The notes: a model not told the origin generated them from the sequence alone. Shown: positions 39,860 to 52,207, numbered from the whole stretch's first letter. The stretch is 63,832 bases of DNA, filler included, from Reclinomonas americana ATCC 50394 (GCA_048213135.1; 9 parts of 3 records of this genome joined end to end with filler, not necessarily neighbours in it); one strand, 5' to 3'. Numbers and translations: made by a program.

Positions 39860-40589
39860 CTCCTCCCTCCCTCCCTCCCTCCCTCCCTCCCTCCCTCCNN
39901 NNNNNNNNNNNNNNNNNNNNNNNNNNNNNNNNNNNNNNNNNNNNNNNNNNNNNNNNNNNNNNNNNNNNNNNNNNNNNNNNNNNNNNNNNNNNNNNNNNNN
40001 NNNNNNNNNNNNNNNNNNNNNNNNNNNNNNNNNNNNNNNNNNNNNNNNNNNNNNNNNNNNNNNNNNNNNNNNNNNNNNNNNNNNNNNNNNNNNNNNNNNN
40101 NNNNNNNNNNNNNNNNNNNNNNNNNNNNNNNNNNNNNNNNNNNNNNNNNNNNNNNNNNNNNNNNNNNNNNNNNNNNNNNNNNNNNNNNNNNNNNNNNNNN
40201 NNNNNNNNNNNNNNNNNNNNNNNNNNNNNNNNNNNNNNNNNNNNNNNNNNNNNNNNNNNNNNNNNNNNNNNNNNNNNNNNNNNNNNNNNNNNNNNNNNNN
40301 NNNNNNNNNNNNNNNNNNNNNNNNNNNNNNNNNNNNNNNNNNNNNNNNNNNNNNNNNNNNNNNNNNNNNNNNNNNNNNNNNNNNNNNNNNNNNNNNNNNN
40401 NNNNNNNNNNNNNNNNNNNNNNNNNNNNNNNNNNNNNNNNNNNNNNNNNNNNNNNNNNNNNNNNNNNNNNNNNNNNNNNNNNNNNNNNNNNNNNNNNNNN
40501 NNNNNNNNNNNNNNNNNNNNNNNNNNNNNNNNNNNNNNNNNNNNNNNNNNNNNNNNNNNNNNNNNNNNNNNNNNNNNNNNNNNNNNNNN

Positions 40590-40641
<52 letters not shown>

Positions 40642-41191
40642 CCCTTCCCCCTCCCCCCCCCCTCTCCCCCTTCCCCTTCCCCTTCCCTTTCCTCACCTCC
40701 CCCTTTCCCACCACACCACAGGGACGTGCAACAAGTGGAGGACACTGTGGAGGCCATGCAAGAGGCACTGGAGGACCAAAAGGAGATTTCCGAGGCACTC
40801 GGCAACCCGATTGCTGGCGCCGACATTGACGAGGACGAGCTGCTGGCCGAGTTCGAGGCCGAGGTCGAAGAGGAGCAGCTGGCCGACCAGCTGGCCGACA
40901 TGTCCGCCACCGACAGGAGACCTGCGGCGGCGACAGGAGCCTCGGGCAGTGCTGTGTCGCGCGATGAGGCTGCGCGGCGTCGCGAGGCGGAAGAGGAGGC
41001 TGCATTGGCGGCCTTGTCCATTGGCAGTGGACCTATTGGTATGTGTGTGTGTGGGTGTCTTGCTTCATAGAAGAGATAATGTCGCTCCCACGCTCACTCC
41101 TCCATCTCACTCAGCGGCACCTGCTCAACCTGCCGCACTATCACGCGAGGAGGAGGAGCTGAGGCGTCTCGAAGCAGAACTCGCTCCTTAA
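38167..41191 (+). CDS. SNF7: ESCRT-III subunit of the Snf7/Vps32/CHMP4 family (4 exons)
   Basis: SIEEIRNTLDMLEKRESVLEKRI...KKDKK|GALAILKQKK...LRHNTV|DVQQVEDTVEAMQEALEDQKEISEALGNPIAGADIDEDELLAEFE...EEEELRRLEAELAP-stop. Confidence 0.92.
39340..39805 (+). repeat. Degenerate ~18-nt tandem repeat (CCACTCGCTCATTCTGCT) within Snf7 intron 2
   Basis: Many copies of CCACTCGCTCATTCT visible; includes a ~55-nt internal duplication (39341 vs 39541). Confidence 0.85.
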
Positions 41192-41430
41192 CCGGGCCGT
41201 CGAGTCGGTTGTCTCTTTTCTCTCCCCGCACCAACCTTTCTTGATCGTGAACGAAATGCGTCAACCAAACAACGACCGTGGACACCACCGTTGTGGAGGG
41301 CGGGTGCGGAGTGGATAGAGATGGCGAGACGGAGGTGGTTTTGTGTGTCTTCTGAGGAGAGAGGGGGGAGAAAAAAGGCAGAGTCATGTATAGGATAACA
41401 ACTGAGGTAATGGATGGATGATCCGACTTT

Positions 41431-42674
41431 TCATTTTCCTGCATCGTCCGAAGGGGTACTGGCAGCACCAGCGGCGTCGGCGGAACCAGACGGGGCGCTG
41501 GCGCTGTTTTGCGGTTTCTGGAGAGCCGGGTTGACCCACACGAGTGCCGACGGGGCGGTTGGCTTGTGTGCTGTTGAAACAATGGCGATCAGCAAACAGC
41601 AACAACAAGCCAAGTTTATCTCTTCGATGCAATCTCACCTGCGGGTGGCGACGACAGTGGCTTGTCGAGCAGCTTCTCCGCGCGCGCTTTTCTCACTTCT
41701 GGCGCCACCCACGACATGTTGGCGGCTGGCGGAACAGGCATCGCACCGCGCCCGCGTCCTCCACGGCCGCGCACGCCACCACGACCACGGAACGCATCGG
41801 GTGGTGGGTAGCTGCCGACTGGTGCGCCACGCCTGCGCACGGTCATTGGTGTTGAGAATGTCAATCAAGAAAGCAAGCAAGCACAATCTTTGGCAAAAAA
41901 AAAAACAAACCCTCGATATCCTCCACGGAAGCCGCCACGGAATCCACCACGTGTGGGGAACTTGCGTGGTGGTGCCAGCTCGTCTCCCATACCCGCGCCA
42001 TCGTCGTAATGCTCTTCGTCCTCCATGCCCTCGGCGGCATCAAAGCGGCGTTTCCGACTGAGCGCCCTCGCTGGATCCTCCATGGGCGCCACCATTGGCA
42101 CGTACGCCATCGGCTGCATACCGTATTGCGTCGGAACGTACACCACCGACGAAGCGCCCATCACAGCCGCCTCCTGCTCCAGCACCTGAGAGGCGAACTG
42201 CGCCGCCGCCGACATGTGCTCCTCGGGGTTGTTGCGCAACACCACTCGCACAGGCGGTCGGCTGGCCATGGCCGCTGCTCTGGCCTTGGACACCAGCGCC
42301 TCCTCCACCGCCCTGCTATCTTCTACTACTCGTCGCCCGTTCGCCTGCTCCTCCTCCTGTTGCTCCTCCTCTTCATACTCCTCCGCCGGTGGCGACACAT
42401 TCCTTGGTCGCACCACCACCGACGATGGTCGACCGGCCTCTCGTCTCCGTCCCGCCGGCTCCGCCCCCTCACCATCCGCGGCCTCACGCTGTCTCCGCGT
42501 CACCACCACCACCGGCTTTCGTCGTGTTCCGTTGCCAGCCGCCGCCACCGGCCTGGCCTCCTCCTCCTCGTTCTCGTCCTCCTCCTGCTGTTGCTCCTCG
42601 CGGTGCTGCTGTTGCTTCTTGGCCTCGTGTGATCNNNNNNNNNNNNNNNNNNNNTCTGTTATTCTCTTCTGCTC

Positions 42675-42719
<45 letters not shown>

Positions 42720-42729
42720 GTCTCGTCTC

Positions 42730-42788
<59 letters not shown>

Positions 42789-43189
42789 GTTCGGCGTGCC
42801 TGCAGGTTCCTTGACTCACATTCACTTTCTCTCTGTGTGAGTCTGCACGCTCCCTTCTCTCATTCTCTCTCTCTCACACACACACACACGCACACATTGC
42901 ACGTGCGTCAACATGAGTCTGCAAGTTCCATGACTCAACATCTCTCTGCGTTCATGCAATTGCAGGTTCCATTCTAACTTTGCTCCTCTTCCCTCCCTCC
43001 CCTCTGCCCTCCCTGCCTCCTTCACGCAACAACAATATACTCGGGCAGAATGTCTTCCCCGTCGACTTGCACGCCCCCACCATTCGCACTCTGCAACGCC
43101 GCCAACTGCCCCCGAATCGTCGCCTGCAACTGCCGCGCCTGCGCAGAGTCCGGATCGACAGGAAGCGTCAACACCTCGTCAGAAGACAT
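41431..43189 (-). CDS. PWI-like N-terminus and RGG-rich putative RNA-binding protein (Nab2/ZC3H14-like); internal exons missing or unresolved
   Basis: First exon ...QARQLQATIRGQLAAL...DGEDILPEYIV resembles the Nab2/ZC3H14 PWI start (DxxLPEYI). RGGFRGGFRGGYRG and RGRGG repeats. C-terminal NMSWVAP and LVWVNP motifs. Confidence 0.6.
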
Positions 43190-43368
43190 TGGCGTGCGAA
43201 ATGTGACAAACGCGGACAGACAAGCTCGCGGCATTACAGTCCCTTACATAAATTGCCGTTTTGCGACTGTGTTGCAACAGAGAAAGCGGACAGACGCTGA
43301 CACGTACGTGATCCGGATCTAGAATTCGAATTCGGCTACGATGACATCAATTCATTCGATCGCAAACT

Positions 43369-43470
43369 CACCAACAAACAAGCGTACAGCTGTCTTGAGG
43401 TCCATCCTGCTCCAAAACATCAACACAATAACCAGTCTTGGGGGCAGCAGCAGGTTTTCTTTCGTGTGTT
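43369..43470 (+). repeat. Dispersed ~110-bp intergenic element, copy 2
   Basis: Aligns by eye with 37370-37490. Confidence 0.7.
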
Positions 43471-43854
43471 GCGAGGGACCACCTGCTGCTGCGGCGTGTT
43501 GTGAGGATTGTTGCTAGAATCATTTTATTGTGATCATGATATAGGTCGACAACTGCCTATTGCGGACGCGAGAAGACGAGGATGTAGGGAGCAATTGATT
43601 CCTTATTTTTTCTATAGAAAAGTTGTAGAAAGGAATAGAGTCTTGCGCCCTGGACAATCCATGGAGTTTCCCTGGACAATCCATGATCATTGGGAGGATA
43701 ATTCTCCAGACAACCATGATCGCAAGCATGGTTCCTCCCTCTATAACGCCATCGGAGCCACCACGGCTAGTCTGCGCTGTGAATCAGGCCATCGCCTTCT
43801 ACGTGCATGCAACAAGAACCACTCCAAACAATCTCCGGTCGCTCAAAGGCCAGA

Positions 43855-44925
43855 CTACGTACTGTGATGGTACCGGAACACCAACTCGGCCTCCTCCACG
43901 ATGAAACACCGCAGAACCATCTCCGGCAAGCAGCGCGAATCTTCACACGCTACCTCATCCATTTCACGGACGGTGCGCATCGTCATGCGCGCCTGATCGA
44001 GTTCGAAAAGAGCTAGACCAAGCGGCGCCGACCACACTCGCACAGTTGCGTCATAACTGCCACTCACAACATGCTGGCCGTCGGCGGTGACGGCGACAGA
44101 ATTCACAGCGCAGGTGTGCCCCTCTAGCCGTCGTACCTCTTCGCCGCTCGCCAACGACCACACTCGGACCGTGTTATCACGGCTGCCACTCACAACATGC
44201 TGGCCATCAGAGGCGATGGCGACAGAAGACACATCGTTGGTGTGCCCCACCATTCGTTGCACCTCCTTGCCGCTCGCCAAGGACCACACTCGCACTGTGT
44301 TGTCCCCACCTCCGCCCACAACGTGCCGACCATTGGGAGTGACGGCGATAGAATGCAAACGGCAACCATTGGCCCACAACCGTCGCACTTCCTCGCCAGT
44401 TGCCAGAGACCACACTTTCATGTACCCGTCGCCGCCCCCACTCACAATGTGCTCGCCATCGGGAGTGACAGCGACACAGAGCACGCCGAGAGCGTGTCCC
44501 GGCAATCGTTGCACTTCGTCGCCAGTCGCAAGTGACCACACGCGCAGCGTCATGTCACAACTGCCGCTCACAATGTGTTGGCCATCAGGAGTGACAGCAA
44601 CAGACACCACAGGAGCAGCGTGTCCCTTCAACTGCCGCACTTGCTCGCCACTCGCCAGTGACCAAACACGCAAGATGTTATCATGGCAGCCACTAACAAT
44701 GTGCTGGCCATCAGGAGTGACAGCGATACGCAAAAACACTCGCCAATTGCGTCCCTCCAGTCGGCGCACTACTTTCCCACTCGCCAGCGACCACACATGC
44801 ACAGTCTTGTCATCACCACCGCTCACAACGTGCTGACCATCGGCGGTGACGGCGACTGCGAACACAGGATGGCGGTGCCCGCGGAAGCATTTGCACGACA
44901 GAGACGGAGACGAAGCGACAGACAT
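43855..44925 (-). CDS. Intronless 7-bladed WD40 protein with highly similar repeats and a short helical C-terminal tail
   Basis: 356-aa uninterrupted ORF with seven repeats of GH...VAVTPDGQH(I/V)VSGxxDxTVRVWSLASG. Confidence 0.92.
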   Translation of the reverse strand: MSVASSPSLSCKCFRGHRHPVFAVAVTADGQHVVSGGDDKTVHVWSLASGKVVRRLEGRNWRVFLRIAVTPDGQHIVSGCHDNILRVWSLASGEQVRQLKGHAAPVVSVAVTPDGQHIVSGSCDMTLRVWSLATGDEVQRLPGHALGVLCVAVTPDGEHIVSGGGDGYMKVWSLATGEEVRRLWANGCRLHSIAVTPNGRHVVGGGGDNTVRVWSLASGKEVQRMVGHTNDVSSVAIASDGQHVVSGSRDNTVRVWSLASGEEVRRLEGHTCAVNSVAVTADGQHVVSGSYDATVRVWSAPLGLALFELDQARMTMRTVREMDEVACEDSRCLPEMVLRCFIVEEAELVFRYHHST

Positions 44926-45112
44926 GATGCGTGTTTAGCTACTGGTGGGGGACAGCAAACGGGATCAATGCAAGGACGTCGAAATATGATGCTGCACTTG
45001 TCGGGTACACTTCACGAAGCACACTGAAGTGCCTGCGGGTGAGAGAGCCACCACGACTGGCCTGCACTATGAATCAGCCATTGCCTTCCAAGTGTAAGCG
45101 ATCCTCGGTCGC

Positions 45113-46135
45113 TCACAGGTCAAGGTTGCAATGGTACACGACCGCCGCCTCCTCCGCGATGAAACACCGCAACACCATCTCCGGCAAGCAGCGCGAATCC
45201 GCGAACGCCGCCTCATTCATTTCACTGACAGCGCGCATCGCCATGCGCGCCTGGTCGAGTTCGAAAAGAGCTAGACCACGCAGAGTGGACCACACTCGCA
45301 CAGTTGCGTCATCACTGCCACTCACAACATGCTGGCCGTCGGCGGTGACAGCGACAGAAGACACAGCGCAGGTGTGCCCCACCTCGTCGCCGCTCGCCAA
45401 CGACCACACTCGGACTGTGTTATCACGGCTGCCACTCACAACATGCTGGCCATCAGAGGTGATGGCGACAGAAGTCACAGGCTCGTGTGACCCTCTAGAC
45501 ATTGTACCTGTTCGCCAGTCGCCAATGACCACATTCGTACCATGGTATCCCCACGTGCACCTCCACCCACAACGTGCAGACTAACGGGAGTGAGAGTGAA
45601 ATGGCAACATGCGCCCCGCAACCGTCGCACCTCCTCGCCAGTTGCTAGTAACCACACTCTCACAATCCCTCTGAGAACCCCACTCACAATGTGCTCGCCA
45701 TCGGGAGTGACAGCGACACAGCACACGTCGAGAGTGTGTTCCCGCAATCGTCGCACCTCTTCGCCAGTCGCCACGGACCACACACGCAGTGTCATGTCAT
45801 GACTGCCGCTCACAATGTGTTGGCCATCAGACAGGAGCAGCGTGTCCCTTCAACTGCCGCACTTGCTCGCCACTCGCCAGTGACCACACACGCACGGTTT
45901 TGTCATGGCCACCACTAACAATGTGCTGGCCATCAGGAGTGACGGCGACACAAGTCACTCGCCACGTGTGTCCCTCCAGTCGGTGCACTTCTTTCCCAGT
46001 CGCCAGTGACCACACGCGCACAGTCTTGTCCTCACCCCCACTCACAACGTGCTGACCATCGGGGGTGACGGCAACTGCGTACACAGCAGAGGTGTGCCCG
46101 CGGAACAGCATTCCGGATCGACATTGGACAGACAT
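45113..46135 (-). pseudogene. Disrupted tandem paralog of the 43855-44925 WD40 gene
   Basis: High nucleotide similarity to the neighbouring copy. A 20-nt deletion near 45830 causes a frameshift and stop; there is also a 1-nt deletion near 45483 and a 12-nt in-frame deletion near 45380. Same C-terminal ALFELDQARM...RCLPEMVLRCFI. Confidence 0.85.
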
Positions 46136-46298
46136 GCATTGGACAGACGCGCTCGCTACGTGAACTGTCCGTGTAACGTTCGACCACACACAAAAACCGA
46201 GTCGTGACTTGTGTGGTTGCTCTCTTGTCTGTGTGTGTCTCTGTGTCTGTGTGAGAGAGCGTGTGTGTCTGTGTGTGCGTTTTTCTTCGTAGTTTGTC

Positions 46299-47426
46299 AT
46301 GAACCCGGAGGTGGAGGTGGATGTGCTCTCGCTCATCCTCAAGTACCTCACCGACAAGGGCTTTGATCAGAGCACAGAAGTGATTCTGCGCGAGGTCAAA
46401 GGTCACTCTCACACTGCCTCTTTCCCTCCCTCTCTCTCTGACTGTGTGCGTCACACTCATTGCTCATTGATACAGCCATGTCCACCATGTCCACCACGCG
46501 GTCCTCGGCCTCCACTGATGGAGCACTTGGCAGTTGTGTAACACACACACTCTTCCTCTCTCTCTCTCTCCCTGCCTCTCTGTTTCCCCACGCGCACACA
46601 CACACACACTGCGCGCGCGCGTGTGTGTGTCTGTCAAAGTGTGTGTGATGGCGCTCTCAACTCGCGCTCTTTTTTTTTCGTGCTTACACTTATACGCGCG
46701 CGTGTGTGTGTGTGTGTCTTTATACACACAGATGCACTGCGTGAGGTGTTGAGCGCGCGATTGGCGGCTGCTGTCAAGAGCAGTCAAGGTCAGTTGTCTC
46801 GCGTGTCAAGCTCCTCCTCTCACTCTTACACACACAAGAGTGCTCACTCTCTGTGTCTGTCTGTGTGTGTGTCATGCAGATGCAGAGTTGCGTGGGGGGA
46901 ATCGACGTGGTGCCATGGCAGCCTGTATCACACTCTTTGCACAAGAGACAGAGAAAGAGAGAGAATGCTCACTGTGTGTGCACACAGTCGGACATCGCCG
47001 AAGCTTGAGGTCATTGAGGAGCGACCAGGTTGGTCACACTCGCACACATTGATCACTCAGTGTGTGACTGATTGTGCGATCTCTCTGTCTCAGCATCCAA
47101 TGGAACGCATGCGACATCGGGGTTGCCTGCTCGTGAGGTGCTTCCCTCACGCTCTCTCTTGTTCCCCATCTCTCTCTTGTGTGGAGAAGCTGATTTGCAA
47201 GAGGGAATCGCAGAATGTGTTCGGTAGCCACTCGCCACTGGACGAGGTCGAGGAGGAGGAATATCTCAAGTCGCATGTCAGTGGGGTGCAGAGTGGGGCG
47301 GCGAGTGCGGCGGCGCCTGCTGCGGCGCATGATGCGGTGAGTCGTGCTCGGGAGGACAGGGTGGAGGCAATGGGAAGGGGTGGGCGAGGGGAAGGGATGG
47401 GCAGAGTTGTGTTCGCGTGTTTTGAA

Positions 47427-47461
<35 letters not shown>

Positions 47462-49230
47462 GAGAGATAGAACGTGAGTGAGCGAGAGTGAGAAAAGAGA
47501 AGTGTGTGTTTGTGTGTGTGAGAGAGAGAGAGTGCCAGAGAGAGAGAGAGAGCGCGAAAGAGAGTGAAAGAGAGAGGATGAGTCTGTGTTAGTTTGTATG
47601 TATGTGTTTGCGTGCGTCGTGGTGTGTGTGAGAGTGAGAGAGTGTGAGAGAGAGAGAGAGCGAAAGAGAGTGAAAGAGAGAGGGGGTGAGTCTGTGTTAG
47701 TTTGTATGTATGTATGTATGTGTTTGCGTGCATCGTGGTGTGTGTATGAGAGAGAAAGAGAGAATGTGAGTGCGTGAGAGTGAGAAAAGAGAAGTGTGTG
47801 TTTGTGTGTGCGAGAGAGAGAGAGAGAGAGAGAGAGTGCGAGAGAGAGAGCGCGAAAGGGAGTGAAAGAGAGAGGATGAGTCTGTGTTAGTTTGTATGTA
47901 TGTGTTTGCGTGCGTCGTGGTGTGTGTGTGTGAGAGAGAGACTGTGAGTGCGTGAGAGTGAGAAAAGAGGAGTGTGTGTTTGTGTGAGAGAGAGAGAGTG
48001 AGAGAGAGAGAGCGAAAGAGAGTGAAAGAGAGGAGGGGGCGAGTCTGTGCTAGTTTGTATGTATGTATGTGTTTGCGTGCGTCGTGGTGTGTGTGAGAGA
48101 GTGAAGGAATGAGTGTTTTGAGAGAGGGAGGGAGAGAGGGTGAGTGAGTGAATGCGTGATTGTTATTGCTTGAGCACGATTTTCGGAGAGAACTAGCGTT
48201 TGCATGTGTCGGTGAGGGAGTGAGCGGGTGTGAAAGAGAGAGAGAAGGAATGAGTGTTGCGTATGCGTGTGTGGAGTGAGTTGGTGATGCACTGTGAATG
48301 CGAGCGAGTGAAGGGAGCTGTTTTCTGCGATTCCCTCTCCCCCTCCCCCTCACCCTCCCTCCCCCTCCCCCCTTCCCCCCCTTTGCCCCCCCTTCCCCCT
48401 CCACAGGTGGACGACGTCCCGCTGGTCGTGGAGGCCGTGGGCGACGACGAAGACGAGGGCGCGCCAACTGGCGGTGCCGCTGCCGCCACCACCACCACTG
48501 CCGGCCTGCACAGCAAGGTGAACGACAGCCTGGAGACCGACTCCACCGACGAGGACGACGAGGATGCCGACGACGACGACGAGGTGATGGCGGCTCGGCG
48601 AGCCACCACCGCTGCGTACGCGGCCGACTCGGCCAAGTCGGTGCACGACGATCCCGTCAAGTATCTGTCGGAGATGGCGGCGCCCATTACGCACACACTG
48701 GAGAAGCAGTCGCAGGAGCTGTCACGCATGCTGCAGCAGTTGGAGAGCATTGGTGCGTTGCGCGCAGCAAAGCTGGTGCACAAAACTGCTGCACTCGTCT
48801 CATTCATCCCTTCTTCCTTCCGCAGGAGTGTTTGAGAATTCGTCCGAGTCCGACTACTCCAACGACAATCGAGCGGAGCGCGAGTACGACGAGGAAGACG
48901 ACGAGGTAGATGACGACGAGGAGGAGGAGGGTGATGTGGGTGCGGCGCCAGCGAGACCTCCGCCGAGGTCGTCTCGCGACGTTGTCGCGGCGGTGCGTGG
49001 CGGTGGCATTGGCCATGTGCGCGGCGACAGCGACGACGACGATGATGACGATGAGGACGACGAGGAGGCGGACGACGGAGATGACGAGGACGTGGACGGC
49101 GTCGATCCGGACGACGAGGAAGAGGAGGACATTGATGCGTTGGAGGACGATGTGGTTGACGACGACAGCGATCAGTATACTGACGAGTCGGATTTCGGCT
49201 ACCGCAAGGTGCTGGCGCCGTTCGAGCCCG
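46299..49230 (+). CDS. LisH-motif acidic protein, probably the N-terminal half of a DYRKP-type kinase; 3'-partial (kinase domain not in window)
   Basis: MNPEVEVDVLSLILKYLTDKGFDQSTEVILRE is a LisH motif. DSDQYTDESDFGYRK resembles the DEYxDDxDxGY motif I recall from plant/protist DYRKP kinases. Multiple GT-AG introns. Confidence 0.6.
47470..48100 (+). repeat. Intronic compound satellite: recurring blocks (3-4 copies) interleaved with GA/GT microsatellites
   Basis: GAGTCTGTGTTAGTTTGTATGTATGTGTTTGCGTGCGTCGTGGTGTGTGT recurs at ~47580, 47688, 47878 and 48041; GAGTGAGAAAAGAGAAGTGTGTG recurs three times. Confidence 0.85.
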
Positions 49231-49297
49231 GTGCGTTGCTTTGTCTCCCCAGCGTCCAGTTGTTTCTTTGTGTCTTTCTCATACTGACACACACTTG

Positions 49298-49397
49298 NNN
49301 NNNNNNNNNNNNNNNNNNNNNNNNNNNNNNNNNNNNNNNNNTTAATTAATTAANNNNNNNNNNNNNNNNNNNNNNNNNNNNNNNNNNNNNNNNNNNN
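49298..49397. other. Artificial scaffold-joining linker
   Basis: N44-TTAATTAATTAA-N44. Confidence 0.97.
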
Positions 49398-49968
49398 GAA
49401 GCTGTACGGTGAGGATTAGGGCGAGAGGAGAGACAGCGAGAGAGAGAGAGAAAGAGGGAACTAGAGAGAGAGGGACAGCAAGAGTGAGTGAGTAAGTGAG
49501 TGAGTGAGTGAGGGAGTGAGAGGGTGAGTGAGAGAGAGAGAGAGAGTGAGTGTGTGTTTGTGTGTGCATGTGTGTGTGAGAGTGTAGTGTGTGTGAGCGA
49601 GAGTCAGCACGAGAGAGAGAGAGTGAAGTATGCCGCCTCACCGTCTCTCTCTTCACACACACACACTCTCTTTTTCGTGCACATCTTGGGATTTTGACGC
49701 TACATGCTTGCGTGGCGTTCCTGAATTCAAGGTGAAGGCCTCTCCCTCTTGTGCCTCTCCGTCCCCTCTCTTCATTCTCTCCCTCTCTCTCTGTGTGCAC
49801 ATCTTGGTAGTTGACATTCCTTGCTGGCATGATGTTTCCTGAATGCTTCTCTGTCACTTTTGTGCCCTTCCGTCCCCCTCTCTTCATTTTCTCTCTCTTT
49901 CCCATCGCGTGCCGATGTATAGGGGAAGAACTCTCTGACACTGTTGTGCCTCTTCATCTCCCTCTCTG

Positions 49969-50005
<37 letters not shown>

Positions 50006-50425
50006 NNNNNNNNNNNNNNNNNNNNNNNNNNNNNNNNNNNNNNNNNNNNNNNNNNNNNNNNNNNNNNNNNNNNNNNNNNNNNNNNNNNNNNNNNNNNNNN
50101 NNNNNNNNNNNNNNNNNNNNNNNNNNNNNNNNNNNNNNNNNNNNNNNNNNNNNNNNNNNNNNNNNNNNNNNNNNNNNNNNNNNNNNNNNNNNNNNNNNNN
50201 NNNNNNNNNNNNNNNNNNNNNNNNNNNNNNNNNNNNNNNNNNNNNNNNNNNNNNNNNNNNNNNNNNNNNNNNNNNNNNNNNNNNNNNNNNNNNNNNNNNN
50301 NNNNNNNNNNNNNNNNNNNNNNNNNNNNNNNNNNNNNNNGTTAGTCACGCATTATCATTCATTTGTGGCACGTTTTCCGGCACTGGAAACCCGCGCTCTT
50401 CCATTCTCCTAAAAAAACAACCTGC

Positions 50426-51206
50426 TCATGTTGGTGGTGCGGCGGGAGGAGGAGGAGGAGGTGGTGGTTGCGGCTGCGGCTGCCTTGGTGGCATGCCTTG
50501 CGGTGGTGAACGAACAGGTCGACTGGCTCCCAACAATACAGACCCCGCCCCAAACGGCAGTCGGCCTAGTGGCGGCAGTGGTGGTGTTGGCGGAGGTGGT
50601 TCGTCGAGTTGCTGCGCGGAACAAACAGGGTGAGAAGGGAATGAGTACGACGGGGAGTGGTGCGGGAGCCCTTACCGGTGAATTCGCCAGTTCCGGGTGC
50701 ATCTTCACGACCTCATCCCACAGCGCCGCGCGCACGTCGGCAATGGTGCTGACATTGTCGTCAAAGGTGAAATCGATGGGATCCGAGACGTCCTTGAGGG
50801 CGCGCTCCGCTTGCCGCTCCACCTCCACGATTGTGTCAAAGTACGGGTGCTCGAGTGCCATCTCGACAGAGATGCGATTTTTCGGGTTGATGACCAGCAT
50901 CTTTTTGAGGAGGTCCAGAGCTGCGACACACGTGGGGAAGGGTGAGGAGGAGGCCAAGGAGAAGGGGGTTGGAGACGAGAAGGGACACCTTCTGGGTCGG
51001 CGTCGGCGAATAGCAGTTGGAAGGAGACGGGTGGTACAGGGGTGCCGAGTTGTTGCACGAATAAATCTACCTGGTTGAGGGAATGAGGGGAAGGAAGGGG
51101 AAGGGAAGGGGGGTGGGTGCACTCACGTCTTGAATCTCCATGTCGACCAGATCGTCGCGGGTCGGTGTGCCGAGGATGCGGACCATGCCGCGGAAGAGTT
51201 CGCCCT
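50426..51206 (-). CDS. MAP kinase, C-terminal fragment (subdomains X-XI, CD region, Pro-rich tail)
   Basis: MVRILGTP...|...LFADADPE|ALDLLKKMLVINPKNRISVEMALEHPYF...DPIDFTFD...VRAALWDEVVKMHP. Confidence 0.85.
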
Positions 51207-51517
51207 CTATTATAAAGGGAAAAATGAGGGGAGATAGGGGAAGGAGATGGGGAAGGGGGAGGGGGAAGGAGGAGAAGGGGGAGGAACACGAGGGGAAGGG
51301 GAAAGGGGAGAGGAACAGTGGAAGGGTGAGTGTGGCGAGTGAGCGAGTGAGCAAGAGAGTGAGAGCTGGTCACTGTGGGTTGAGAAAGGGGAAGAAACGG
51401 GAGAAGGCATGGATGGAAGGTGAAAAGGCCGGAGGGACGTGGAAAGATACAGCGGAAGAAGAGTGGGCTTGCTGCATCTCTGGATACTTGAACGGATACA
51501 AACTGGTCAACTTGATG

Positions 51518-51567
<50 letters not shown>

Positions 51568-51705
51568 AGTAAGTACGGTAGGTAGGGTAAGGTAGTACGG
51601 TAGGGTACGGGACGGGGGTACCGTTGTCGTGTCGTCTCGTTCGTTAGTACGTTAGAACGTGACGACAGACAAGCGAGTAGAAGTGGTCGGTCGTGTCGAC
51701 ACGAG

Positions 51706-51805
51706 NNNNNNNNNNNNNNNNNNNNNNNNNNNNNNNNNNNNNNNNNNNNTTAATTAATTAANNNNNNNNNNNNNNNNNNNNNNNNNNNNNNNNNNNNNNN
51801 NNNNN
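51706..51805. other. Artificial scaffold-joining linker
   Basis: N44-TTAATTAATTAA-N44. Confidence 0.97.
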
Positions 51806-51818
51806 AGCGATCCAGCGT

Positions 51819-51863
<45 letters not shown>

Positions 51864-52207
51864 GAGTGTGTGCATGTGTGCGTGGAATGGTAAAGTCGAC
51901 GCACCCGAGTAATCCTCTGTGTCGCAGGCATAATAGTAGTGCGTGGAAGAGCGATACGACGAGACCGAGAGCGCGGTGTTTGTCGCGCGAGTGCCACATG
52001 CAAATTAATTCGTTGATGTTGACGGACACTCCGACCGTCGCAGCAGTTGGTGAGAAGTGGTGGAGACGCAAGCACGGTGCGCAGTGGTGTGGGTGCCACA
52101 GAGAAGGGTCACTAGATAGAGCGCGTTTCTTCTTCCGAGGCATCGATATTTCAATACCGAAACTCTTGACAAACGCTTCTGGGGTTCCTTCTCCTTCCCA
52201 CCACCCT

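Noticed and set aside
43500-43745. AT-richer patch with a 16-nt direct repeat (CCCTGGACAATCCATG) next to the WD40 pair, as a possible mobile element remnant
   Set aside because: No terminal repeats, target-site duplication or transposase/RT similarity recognisable.
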